Of a stretch of 64,000 nt of DNA, positions 25,109 through 33,760 are shown piece by piece. Within the stretch, counting starts at the first letter, position 1; each line of letters begins with the position of its first letter. This DNA is from Yuukianura sp. NJ FZ-2021 (Eukaryota), in the NCBI GenBank assembly GCA_046563655.1, contig CM102285.1, positions 7,440,001-7,504,000 of the forward strand, read 5' to 3'. The notes below the pieces were generated by a model, which did no database searches, was not told the DNA's origin, and was given only the letters and a program-made list of their open reading frames with translations. A program made the position numbers and the translations under genes.

Positions 25109-25984
25109 ATGCGTGTCTACTCTGCCTGTGGTAAATTATTTTCGCGTTCTGACGTTGCAAAGCGTCACGAGAAGACATGTTTTAACTGTTTCTCTAGATC
25201 TCCCACCACCGCCGCCGCCACATCCTGGGTGGTTCCAGCCATCGGTGGGGCAGGCCCCACCGTTGGAGGGAGTTCCACAGCCGCCACCCCCGCCGCCGCC
25301 CTTGCCACCGCCGCCACTCTACTTCAGCATCCACGGTCGGGAGACGATATTGACTTGCAACTTGTGGCACCGTTTACAATGTGTGTGAGCGGAATGACAA
25401 ACACAGGCAAAAGCACGCTTGTCAAGGAAATTTTGATTCGAAGAAACGAAGTTGTAAAAACTTCAAATGGAATTGCAAATGTAACTTATTGTTACACAGA
25501 GTGGCAGTCTGGCCTATTTGGAGAACTAAAAACAAAAATCCCTGGAATTCAGTTTGTTCACGGATTGCCCGAGAAATGGCATGATGGTACTGACAGACCG
25601 TCAATTATGGTTCTGGATGATTTAATGCATGAAGCAGGGAAGAAGGGAGAGGTTGGAGCAGCCTTCACGAGAACTTCTCATCACAGAAATGTGTCTCTGA
25701 TTATCTTGGTTCAAAATTTTTTTCATAAGAATTTGAGAGAAATTACACTCAACTGTCAGTATTTGGTTCTCATGAAGAATCCTCGAGACTCTGCGTTTGT
25801 TTCATGCCTTGGACGACAAATGAATGGAGGAAAAAAGAACGCTACAATGGACTTGGCATACAAGGAGAGCATGGCAAAGCCCTACGGCTATCTTTTAATT
25901 GATCTGACTCAATCACAAAAGGACGACTATCGAATTAGAAGTAGCATTTTTCCCGAAAATTGTTATGTTTATGTCAATGAATAA
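25109..25984 (+). CDS. A32/FtsK-like genome packaging ATPase
   Basis: Walker A GMTNTGKS, Walker B IMVLDD, SHHRNVSLIILVQN. Confidence 0.93.
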   Translation: MRVYSACGKLFSRSDVAKRHEKTCFNCFSRSPTTAAATSWVVPAIGGAGPTVGGSSTAATPAAALATAATLLQHPRSGDDIDLQLVAPFTMCVSGMTNTGKSTLVKEILIRRNEVVKTSNGIANVTYCYTEWQSGLFGELKTKIPGIQFVHGLPEKWHDGTDRPSIMVLDDLMHEAGKKGEVGAAFTRTSHHRNVSLIILVQNFFHKNLREITLNCQYLVLMKNPRDSAFVSCLGRQMNGGKKNATMDLAYKESMAKPYGYLLIDLTQSQKDDYRIRSSIFPENCYVYVNE

Positions 25985-26063
25985 ATAAAATTCAAAACAA
26001 AATGTTGTGTATTTCGAGTTGATTTATTCAAAAAAAATTTTTTTTTTAAAAATAAAGTGTATT

Positions 26064-26240
26064 TTACAATTCAGTAACTAAAATAGTTTTAGTATGTTGT
26101 TTCTTGGTTGATCCTCGTCTTGCAGTGGTTGAACAGCACATGCAGCTGATCTTGTTTTCGTCACAGACGGAGATGGTGGGGTCTTCTTTGCTTGCAAACA
26201 TCTTGGCCAAAAAGTATTCACAAACTTTAAAAAAGCACAT
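26064..26240 (-). CDS. Small Cys-containing ORF (58 aa) downstream of the integrase
   Basis: MCFFKVCEYFLAKMFASKEDPTISVCDENKISCMCCSTTARRGSTKKQHTKTILVTEL*; ATG 24 nt after the integrase stop; minus-strand AATAAA at ~26023-26028. Confidence 0.4.
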   Translation of the reverse strand: MCFFKVCEYFLAKMFASKEDPTISVCDENKISCMCCSTTARRGSTKKQHTKTILVTEL

Positions 26241-26264
26241 GTTTACTTGTCTCTCTCTGAATCG

Positions 26265-27266
26265 CTACTGATCCAATTTCAACAGCTGCTTGTCGTAAAA
26301 ACTACCCAAAATAGGGGTACCCTCAAGGTCTTCTAGCTTGTAAACGTATGGATTAGTTGCTATAACTCTCACAATTCGATAAACTTCGTCAATATAGTTT
26401 GTCGAGTAGCCCTTTTCAAACGTTTTTTTAATTCTGGCGACAAGGACGAGGTCGTTTACGTTGAGTTTAGGCTTTTTATAGTCCACTGCAACTTCCGGGT
26501 ACAAGTTGCGCCGTACTTCATCCTCATTCCTTTCAGTAACTTTGCACGGCGCCATTTTAATACTTCGATGATATGCATGATTGTACAGATTTTCAAAATC
26601 TGGCAATTTATCAACAAACTTTTTGGTTCTGTTATGTGTCAAGTAGCGCTGAATTTTCATGAATAGTGTGCGGATGAAACGTTCCACAATCACACATTTT
26701 AATGGAGAATGTGTCCAGAATAGTTTGATGTCTTCATGCTTCAGATACGTCTTCATGTGTTGATTAAGAAATTCAGAACCTTTGTCAACTTGTACTCTCT
26801 TTGGCTTTCCACCACTGCGCTCTAAAATTTTTTTAAATGCTGAAAGAACTACTGGTCCTGTCTTGTTTGGAGTTGCCTCGATCCAGCCTTGTTTTGAAAA
26901 AGCGTCAATAACCACCAGCAAATACCTAGAAAACAAATTCGAGTTTTTAAAAACCCTAACCTAACCTAACCCAACGTAACCTAGCCCAACCTAACCTAAC
27001 CTTTTTTTATTATTGGCTCCCGACATGTTTTGAATGTCCTTCAAGTCTGCACAATACTGTTCGTGCATGCCTCCAACATAAACTCTCCGACGTGGAAACC
27101 GATATCGAACTGGACGATGGAGTTGATAACTTGGAATTTGCTTCAAAATTTTCTTGACGCGGTGTGGAGACGCCTTAGTGTTTGAATCTTTTTGAAACCC
27201 AAATGCTCCAGAAAAACTTCCAGGTAGTAAAGTGTTTAACCATCGTTGTTTCAGATCGGTGTCCAT
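26265..27266 (-). CDS. int: Retroviral-like (rve) DDE integrase, 2 exons, 308 aa
   Basis: Exons 27266-27001 and 26925-26265 (75-bp GT-AG intron); CADLKD...YLLVVIDAFSK...QVDKGSEF...IVERFIRTL. No C-terminal chromodomain seen. Confidence 0.93.
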
Positions 27267-27331
27267 GGTGGAAATGAAATAAAAGGACGCTGCACAGTTC
27301 AATTTGTATCATTCAGTCTCTAGCAATCAAA

Positions 27332-27667
27332 ATGGCTGGAAGCAAAATCAACAAGCATCTTAATTTTCTCAAAAACTTGAATTCTCGCTCTGAAAAGAAA
27401 CGATCTTTGCATTTAAATAGTGCGAGTCCAGAACAAATTCGAGCTATTTGCGAATGTGCACACAACGTGTACAATGGACGTTTAGTGATTCCACCAAAAG
27501 CTATAAAACGACTCATTCCTCACAAAGATCACATCAGACGTCTGATAGCACGCAGAGGAAAAGCAGATCATAAGCGCCGTCTTCTTGTCCAACAGGGTGG
27601 ATTTCTACCATTGCTACTTGGTGCAGCAATTCCAGTATTAGGAGAACTTTTAGGCAAACTTTTATAA
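27332..27667 (+). CDS. Small basic core protein with GG|F cleavage site and amphipathic tail (adenovirus pX-like)
   Basis: Basic 111 aa ending QQGG-FLPLLLGAAIPVLGELLGKLL, resembling the adenoviral pX GGFLP motif; TATA-like element and TCAGT initiator upstream. Confidence 0.75.
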   Translation: MAGSKINKHLNFLKNLNSRSEKKRSLHLNSASPEQIRAICECAHNVYNGRLVIPPKAIKRLIPHKDHIRRLIARRGKADHKRRLLVQQGGFLPLLLGAAIPVLGELLGKLL

Positions 27668-27669
27668 AC

Positions 27670-28326
27670 ATGCCCACGAAATACAAAGTCATTAGTGATG
27701 AAGACTTTGAGCGCCTAATGACTCAAACTTCTAAACCAACTGAAATCGGCAGACTCGAGAGTGAAAAAAATCAGTTGCTCAATATTAAAGATTCGGAAGA
27801 AATTCAAAACAAGTTACTTCAAGACGTTTTACGACGATTGGCAGACAAGAAGAAACGTGAAAAAACAGAAAGTATTGTTAAATCCGTGCCTGAGCCGTCC
27901 GTGTCATCAGTGGACATCCCGCCCAGTCCATCGCCAGTTGAGAAATTTGACTTTGGTGGTCGTACAAGACTTGGAGTTCATCTTTTGCAGTTTTTTATTG
28001 ACAATGGAACCACACTAGCCTCAGGAATTGTAAACTTTGACGGTGGATCACTACCAATTTCTACATTTGATTCAATACTTAAAAAACTGTCAAATGGAAG
28101 ATGCAAAATTTCAAAGGATGAACTCGAACCAATAAAAAACTTTTTAACCTCAAAAAGATTTCCATTGTCTATCCTACCCAAAGCACACCTCCATCTCTTT
28201 ACGGGAGAAGACTCTGACGTGGCTACTCCTGGAAAAAATCGAAAAAGCATGCACAAATCTCGGAAACGACCTCGAGTGGATGACAGCTTTCTGGACGAAT
28301 GGAAGACCCCACCGAATTGGAAATAA
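27670..28326 (+). CDS. Polinton hypothetical protein (218 aa)
   Basis: Intact ORF starting 3 nt after the previous stop; coiled N-terminus, basic C-terminus. Confidence 0.7.
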   Translation: MPTKYKVISDEDFERLMTQTSKPTEIGRLESEKNQLLNIKDSEEIQNKLLQDVLRRLADKKKREKTESIVKSVPEPSVSSVDIPPSPSPVEKFDFGGRTRLGVHLLQFFIDNGTTLASGIVNFDGGSLPISTFDSILKKLSNGRCKISKDELEPIKNFLTSKRFPLSILPKAHLHLFTGEDSDVATPGKNRKSMHKSRKRPRVDDSFLDEWKTPPNWK

Positions 28327-28348
28327 ATTTAAATACAACAACAAAAAT

Positions 28349-28873
28349 TTACAATTTTATACAACATTGATTTATTATTTTGTGTTTAAATTTACAATTT
28401 GAATTCAATAAAGGATTTTTTAATATTACAAATTTGCGTACTTTTTTATCATTTAATTGTTTATTGGGAGAAAAGTGACAGTAAGTAGATAGAATACAAC
28501 AGCCATGCATCATTTTATACAAAAAGTAGATTGCATATTGCCCACAAACATTAGAGTCAAGAGCTTGCAATGGTCTAGTATTTTCCAAAATTTTACAAGA
28601 AAACTTATTTACAAAATTTCTAAAGTCAATAGGGTAAAAATCCAGTCCAAGTCCATAAGAGCAAAAGAAGATGATTGGTCCAGTTCTGCCTCCAATGTAG
28701 ATTGCCACCCAATGTTCTCCAGGATGATCAGAAGGCTTGTTATTTACAACCAAGTAGGCTGGAAAGTGAGCAATTGTTAGCTTTCCAAGTAGGTCACATG
28801 GTATTACATTGAAATATGCTCTTGTTCCGCGAGTCATATTTGACAAAAACTTGTAAATTTGAGTGGTGTCCAT
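28349..28873 (-). CDS. Adenain-like (C5) maturation protease
   Basis: GEHWVAI, FFCSYG, LQALDSNVCGQYAIYFL. Confidence 0.92.
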   Translation of the reverse strand: MDTTQIYKFLSNMTRGTRAYFNVIPCDLLGKLTIAHFPAYLVVNNKPSDHPGEHWVAIYIGGRTGPIIFFCSYGLGLDFYPIDFRNFVNKFSCKILENTRPLQALDSNVCGQYAIYFLYKMMHGCCILSTYCHFSPNKQLNDKKVRKFVILKNPLLNSNCKFKHKIINQCCIKL

Positions 28874-30174
28874 TAGTGTGAATAGTCTTTGAAAAACACG
28901 TTCTTTCCTTCGTCAATATACAGAGTAGATTGAAAGTCAGCGTGACAGACAACGTTCCAAGCCTCAGTGGTAGGTTTTGCAAACTGAACGACGATTTTTA
29001 TACTTCCGTGTCTTGGGGGACAGTAGCCTTGATTCATGTTTCTGAGGTTAAAAATGAAAAACGCCTTTCCATTTGTAAACTCGGAAAGGCTAATAGCAGG
29101 TCCTTCATTGCTAGCACACAGTCCAAGACCGCTAAACATTCCATAGTATGCTTCAGAAACTCGAACATCACCATCACTGTTGTACTGGTAAACCTGATGA
29201 TAAAGTTGTTCTCCGTTTGCTGTGACGGAAATTTGTCTCAATTCTGGAGGTTTAAAGTCAAATGGATTTGTAGTCAGAGTTCCGTTCATTTTTTCACTTT
29301 GAACTAGGCAAAGTATAATTCTGTCCGGAAGTAGTCCATTAATCAAGTTTTCATTCACATTCGACACAGTGCCAAGGGGCAAGCTGTATGTTTTCATCTC
29401 AATCCGTCGCATTGGGTAGCATGCCGGTTGTCCATTAGCCCACATTTTCAAATGACAATTCAAAATATTCGGTAACAGAGTATGTTTTTTAACTAAAAGT
29501 CGTGCTTCAGTAATGTTGATTTTGTAGCGATTTGTATTGTCTGCCTGAGAGTGGAGTGCAAATTCTTCGGTGGAGCGGTTGAAAGTAACTCTAATATCGA
29601 TTCCAGGAAGCAAGTAGCGAGTTTGTGCAAAGATGTCAGCAAACGGTCGCCCAATCATGTCCAAGCCCTTGGCTGCTAATTCTTGTCTCTTTTTGTGGGA
29701 AGTGTCAGTGTCACTCAAATTCTCTTCCTCTCTCAAGTAAAGAGCAGTAACTGCTTGTGTATCCTTGTAGTCTCCTCCATATGCAAGCACAGTCTCAATA
29801 TAGGCCCGATACGGGTAGAGTGACATGGTTGGAGTAATTTGTGTTTCATTTAGAAACACAGAGCACTGCTGAAACAAGGAATGTAAAAAGTTGTTGACTG
29901 GAGCGATTCGCATGATGGCTCTCTCGTCCATTTTATCACTATTTGCTTTTGAAATCTTGCAGCCAACATATAACAAAGTTTCACTTAAATCAACATAGTG
30001 AACGTCATTTCCTTTGATTTGAAAAGAAATTGGACCTCCATTTTCATTTAATGCTGACAATGGATGGTACTCAAACATTCCACTACTTTGTAGACTAACA
30101 TCCATTTCTGGTTCACTAAATATGTCGGTTTCACTTCTAACTACTTCTGGGTGAGGGGCGTGTTTGGAACTCAT
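28873..30174 (-). CDS. Double jelly-roll major capsid protein (433 aa)
   Basis: GPISFQI...YVDLSETLLYV, PVNNFLHSLF...LNE, YPYRAYIET, LPDRIIL, NPFDF, typical of Polinton MCP; size and gene position fit. Confidence 0.9.
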   Translation of the reverse strand: MSSKHAPHPEVVRSETDIFSEPEMDVSLQSSGMFEYHPLSALNENGGPISFQIKGNDVHYVDLSETLLYVGCKISKANSDKMDERAIMRIAPVNNFLHSLFQQCSVFLNETQITPTMSLYPYRAYIETVLAYGGDYKDTQAVTALYLREEENLSDTDTSHKKRQELAAKGLDMIGRPFADIFAQTRYLLPGIDIRVTFNRSTEEFALHSQADNTNRYKINITEARLLVKKHTLLPNILNCHLKMWANGQPACYPMRRIEMKTYSLPLGTVSNVNENLINGLLPDRIILCLVQSEKMNGTLTTNPFDFKPPELRQISVTANGEQLYHQVYQYNSDGDVRVSEAYYGMFSGLGLCASNEGPAISLSEFTNGKAFFIFNLRNMNQGYCPPRHGSIKIVVQFAKPTTEAWNVVCHADFQSTLYIDEGKNVFFKDYSH

Positions 30175-30599
30175 TGTTCTTCAAATATATTTCTTGGCCT
30201 CTTTTTCTTAAGAGTGTTTTTTGGTTTTCGTTTTTGCTTCCTCTTCCTTGAACGTCCAGATCCTGACTGAGTAGAAAGAATACCATCTGCGACGCCTTTA
30301 AGTACTCCCTTCCAAGCGGTCGAACCGTGTTCAGAAATAGCTTCCTTGACGGATTTTTTTCCACCAATCACGTCAGAAGCTATACCAGCGACAGCAGTTT
30401 TAGCATGAGGCATTAAATATTTGGTCACATATGGCAAAACTTTTCGAAAAATTGAGCCAAAAATTCCACCAATTCCGTGACCACGCTGACGAAATTGATT
30501 GGCTTTGAAGAATACAGCTCCGTCTGATCCAACAGCTCCTCCACGCTGGGGATTATAAATTCTAAAGAAATCGTCCTCGCTCAAGTTGCATTTGTACAT
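30171..30599 (-). CDS. Small core/membrane-active protein with protease sites and basic tail
   Basis: QRGG and QRGHGIGGIFGSIFRKVLP followed by amphipathic segments; K/R-rich C-terminus; located just upstream of MCP. Confidence 0.75.
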   Translation of the reverse strand: MYKCNLSEDDFFRIYNPQRGGAVGSDGAVFFKANQFRQRGHGIGGIFGSIFRKVLPYVTKYLMPHAKTAVAGIASDVIGGKKSVKEAISEHGSTAWKGVLKGVADGILSTQSGSGRSRKRKQKRKPKNTLKKKRPRNIFEEQ

Positions 30600-30664
30600 G
30601 TTGACAGTTTGACGTTTGAAAAGTTAATGATTGATAATTTTTGAGAGCGCTGTTTTTATACTCC

Positions 30665-31369
30665 TCAGTATCGCTTCCGTCGAAAGTGTAGAGTAGCAGA
30701 AAAGGTTCCAACTGTAAATGCTGGTGGATCGCCAGATTCAGTCATGATGTACATCCATATGTGGTCAATGTCGTCAAATACAACGTCTACGTATTGCAGA
30801 TGCTGAAACGAACGAGTCACAACCTTCTTATGGTCACCCGTATTTGAAATTTTTCTCAGCAGTGGCGCAAGGTCACCTCCCACGCGCTGGTTTTCAATTA
30901 TACTGCAGTAAATGAAAAGTTGTGTATGTCCACTCGGTTCAAAAACTTCATACTCAAAACTCTGTTTTCCTTCATCGTATCCAAGAATTTTAGTAGCCTC
31001 CTCGTTAAACCTTACAAAGGATTTGGTAGGTTTCTTGACAAATATGGCTCTCGAGTTTTTAATTTCAATTTGTACAAAATTATCCGATACACGTTTTGCA
31101 AGATCGTCTGCTGTTCGAATCAATGCAGCGTCTTCCGAGGAAATGCTGAGCAAATCAAAGAATGACCCGTTACCAACTTGTCGAAGCCATCCTTCCTTGT
31201 GAAGCATATACTCGTGATGAACATATGTACACTCTACTAACGCCACCTCGTATTTTACACCGTCTAAGCGAATTGATTCTGCAAAATGATTTCTAAAATT
31301 TGTAATTGTGTTCTCTGGATAGTGATTTGAAGAAGAATCACTCTGAAGAGTCACGTAAAAGTCTCCCAT
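30665..31369 (-). CDS. Minor capsid protein (penton, single jelly roll)
   Basis: FYVTLQSDSS..YPENTITNF...YEVALVE and LFIYCSIIENQRVG...PLLR, ending LHFRR. Confidence 0.88.
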   Translation of the reverse strand: MGDFYVTLQSDSSSNHYPENTITNFRNHFAESIRLDGVKYEVALVECTYVHHEYMLHKEGWLRQVGNGSFFDLLSISSEDAALIRTADDLAKRVSDNFVQIEIKNSRAIFVKKPTKSFVRFNEEATKILGYDEGKQSFEYEVFEPSGHTQLFIYCSIIENQRVGGDLAPLLRKISNTGDHKKVVTRSFQHLQYVDVVFDDIDHIWMYIMTESGDPPAFTVGTFSATLHFRRKRY

Positions 31370-31502
31370 GACTGCTAGTTTTAGACTAAAGATTTAAAAT
31401 GAAGAACGAGCGTTTAAATACCTTTTTGGTACAAGTCAAAAATTTATTTTTAGAATTCTTAAGACTAACAATTTTTTACAAAACAGAAATATTTCAAATT
31501 GC

Positions 31503-31919
31503 TTAAAATTTAGTGTCTTCGGCGATCCAGTATTTTCCCTCGACTTCGTCAGAGTCTTCTTCAGGAATTGTGTTCAAGCGGGACTTGAGAGATTTGCGGT
31601 TCCAAACAGCTTTGCTCATCGCTTCAGCCACAATGTCCATTTTCGGTTTCTTTGCTTGTTGACCCTTATCAGCGTAGCGCTCCTTACATTCCAACAGCAA
31701 TAGTTCAAAGTTAGGTAGCTCGCTTATTGGATTTCCCGTCGAAAGAAAGAAGAGAATCAGCTTTGAAACCAGAAATGGAATTTCCTTCATTTCGATTGTA
31801 GTGTAGTAGCGATCCTTCTTGATAAAGACTTTGTATTCTCCATCTTCCACCTTCCACCAGCATTTGACACGATCTTCAAGGGTCTTGCTCACGAATCCTG
31901 CAGCGTACGCTTCAACCAT
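31503..31919 (-). CDS. Polinton accessory protein, repeat-domain paralog 1 (138 aa)
   Basis: Intact ORF with TATA-like element and TCAGT upstream; shares a motif with 32312-33163. Confidence 0.6.
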   Translation of the reverse strand: MVEAYAAGFVSKTLEDRVKCWWKVEDGEYKVFIKKDRYYTTIEMKEIPFLVSKLILFFLSTGNPISELPNFELLLLECKERYADKGQQAKKPKMDIVAEAMSKAVWNRKSLKSRLNTIPEEDSDEVEGKYWIAEDTKF

Positions 31920-32311
31920 TGTAGTACTTGAGTAGTTTTTGAGGAGAAGTTTCAACTGAAGCTGAAATGAGACTGATGGTTTGTTGAGCAGTCGAGCAGC
32001 CTTTTTATCCCAAATTTTCAGGTAGAAGTTTGACCCTTTTTTCTATTTTTAGCAATTCCAACAACTTAGATTTCTTGGAAAAAGGATTAAACGAACAACT
32101 CGAAACGTTTTTCAACGGAAACGAGCCTTTTCCTAATTCTAGGAAAAATAAACGTTTTTTCGACTTTGTCTAAAAATAGAAAGGACTAAAAGTTCAACGA
32201 CTCTAAAACGACATTCTCAAAATAAAATAACCCAAACAACAAAAAATTCGAAAATGTACAAGTTTGAATTTATTCAAATACAAAAACTGCTACTAAAGTA
32301 GATTATACAAT

Positions 32312-33163
32312 TTAACAAAAAATGTCAAAAGCTGAAATTTGCTTAACACCATAAAAAATAATGTTGAGAACTGTATCATCAGAGTATGACGATTGACGAT
32401 ACATGTTAAGATGGACCAGTCTAAAGTGCTCGTTAAAGTCATGGTTTGGAGTACGTCTTTGGTTGTTAATTTGAATTTGTTGATGTTTGGTAACGTCCAG
32501 AACATGCTTCGAGTAGGCTGGATTTAAAATGAAAGACTCTGGCGATAAATAGCAGGCAAATCGGTGAAACACGTTTGGTTTTTTGTATGGATGAACTTTC
32601 TTGTTCGTCTTTAAACCGGCAGCCTTGCCAATTGTTTCTTTAATTCTGTTGGTACGAGTGTTGAGAATTTTATCGCGTAGCTTTCTCATGTATTCACGTT
32701 TTGACTCATGAATGAGCTCATCCAGATACTTTTCTGTATATGAGGTCGGAAAGCAGCCACACTTTAGAAGTGATTCCACCAGAAGAGGAATGTCCATGAT
32801 TTCGATGGGAAGTGGACGGCCGCTACGTATGAGAAACACCCGATTCGCATTGCCTGTGATGCAGTGGATAGGAAGAAGCGGTCGCTCCAGCTTTTCTTTG
32901 AGTGTTTGAAACTCTGCGGGTGACTGCTGACGAAATAACTTTAGGAATCCATTCTTGCGGTTAGTTGCCATGATTGTTTCAAAGTGTGGTAAATCCTTCA
33001 TCATTTCCCCTGCGGCTATGTATGCTTTTACTAGCTTTTCCACCACGGTTGGCAGTTCCTCTGCTGTCAGAAGAATCGAATGTCCAGAAATCTTGACTGC
33101 GATGACATCTTCCATGTCAATAAACGGTTCCGAAACCTCCATGTATGACCTGAATCCCCGCAT
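32312..33163 (-). CDS. Polinton accessory protein, repeat-domain paralog 2 (283 aa)
   Basis: Intact ORF carrying two copies of the motif found once in 31503-31919. Confidence 0.6.
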   Translation of the reverse strand: MRGFRSYMEVSEPFIDMEDVIAVKISGHSILLTAEELPTVVEKLVKAYIAAGEMMKDLPHFETIMATNRKNGFLKLFRQQSPAEFQTLKEKLERPLLPIHCITGNANRVFLIRSGRPLPIEIMDIPLLVESLLKCGCFPTSYTEKYLDELIHESKREYMRKLRDKILNTRTNRIKETIGKAAGLKTNKKVHPYKKPNVFHRFACYLSPESFILNPAYSKHVLDVTKHQQIQINNQRRTPNHDFNEHFRLVHLNMYRQSSYSDDTVLNIIFYGVKQISAFDIFC

Positions 33164-33375
33164 GCTTATAGTTTGAGACTGGTTTTCGAACTGATGATTG
33201 CTAGTCTCAAAACTCACTGTTTAAGTACTGCTTGGACAACGTTTGAAATGCTATTTTGAAATTTTTTCAAAAACGTTTTTCTAAAGAAATGTTATTTTGA
33301 GAACTTTTCAAGAAAAAACGTTTTTCTTGAGAAAAGATATTTTTCCAAGAACTCAATCCTTAACTAAAAATAAAT

Positions 33376-33516
33376 AAAAAATAATAACATTGACCCCAGT
33401 CTTGTATCTAAGTACTTGTAACTTCTTAACCACAAGCGTTGACCCGTGTGGGATTCGAACCAGCGGCCGTAGAGAAGTAGTTACAAGCACTTAGACACTA
33501 GGCTAGAGTCAATGTT
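33376..33516 (-). ncRNA. Putative Pol III-transcribed VA-like hairpin RNA (~130-140 nt)
   Basis: A-box-like TAGCCTAGTGT (33505-33495), perfect B box GGTTCGAATCC (33461-33451), T6 (33381-33376); the ends form a 38-bp stem with 4 G-U pairs and 2 mismatches. Confidence 0.7.
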
Positions 33517-33548
33517 CGAATTTTCTATACAAAAATTTCACTACTTGT

Positions 33549-33665
33549 TTTTTGTTGTCGACTTTTTTGTTATCGACATTTTTTGTCGACATTTTTTTTT
33601 GTTTTCGATCTTTTCTTTGTCGTCATTTTTGTTGTCGACTTTTTTGTTGACGACATTTTTTGTCA
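33549..33665 (+). repeat. Right subterminal degenerate tandem array (T-run + GTCGAC-like unit, ~13-15 bp)
   Basis: About 8 units such as tttgttgtcgac, tttgttatcgac, ttttgtcgac directly inside the right TIR. Confidence 0.75.
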
Positions 33666-33668
33666 TTG

Positions 33669-33760
33669 TGAGTTTTTTCCCTCCCCAATATTGCGGCCGA
33701 CTAACCCCCGTGGCTGTTCTAAAAATAGGAGGGTGCTGAAGTCCTCACTTACTCTCTACT
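33669..33760 (-). repeat. Right terminal inverted repeat (~92 bp)
   Basis: Reverse complement of 16823-16913. Confidence 0.97.

Larger units (their letters stand above)
16823..33760. mobile_element. Complete Polinton/Maverick (adintovirus-like endogenous virus), 16,938 bp
   Basis: TIRs begin AGTAG and end CTACT; TCGAG duplicated at 16818-16822 and 33761-33765; full core gene set (pPolB, ATPase, integrase, protease, MCP, mCP) with open frames. Confidence 0.97.

Noticed and set aside
25095..25388. Proline-rich 97-aa ORF
   Set aside because: Alternate-frame reading of the GCC/ACC-rich Ala/Thr linker of the ATPase.
26954..27002. True telomere or chromosome end
   Set aside because: Under 50 bp, degenerate, and inside an intron of an intact gene.
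33437..33510. Functional tRNA gene
   Set aside because: The B box is perfect, but the T-stem (GCUGG/CCCAC) and anticodon arm do not pair, and the 5' half is sequestered by a 38-bp terminal stem.
33549..33665. CRISPR-like array
   Set aside because: Units are short and degenerate with no unique spacers; no cas genes; eukaryotic context.
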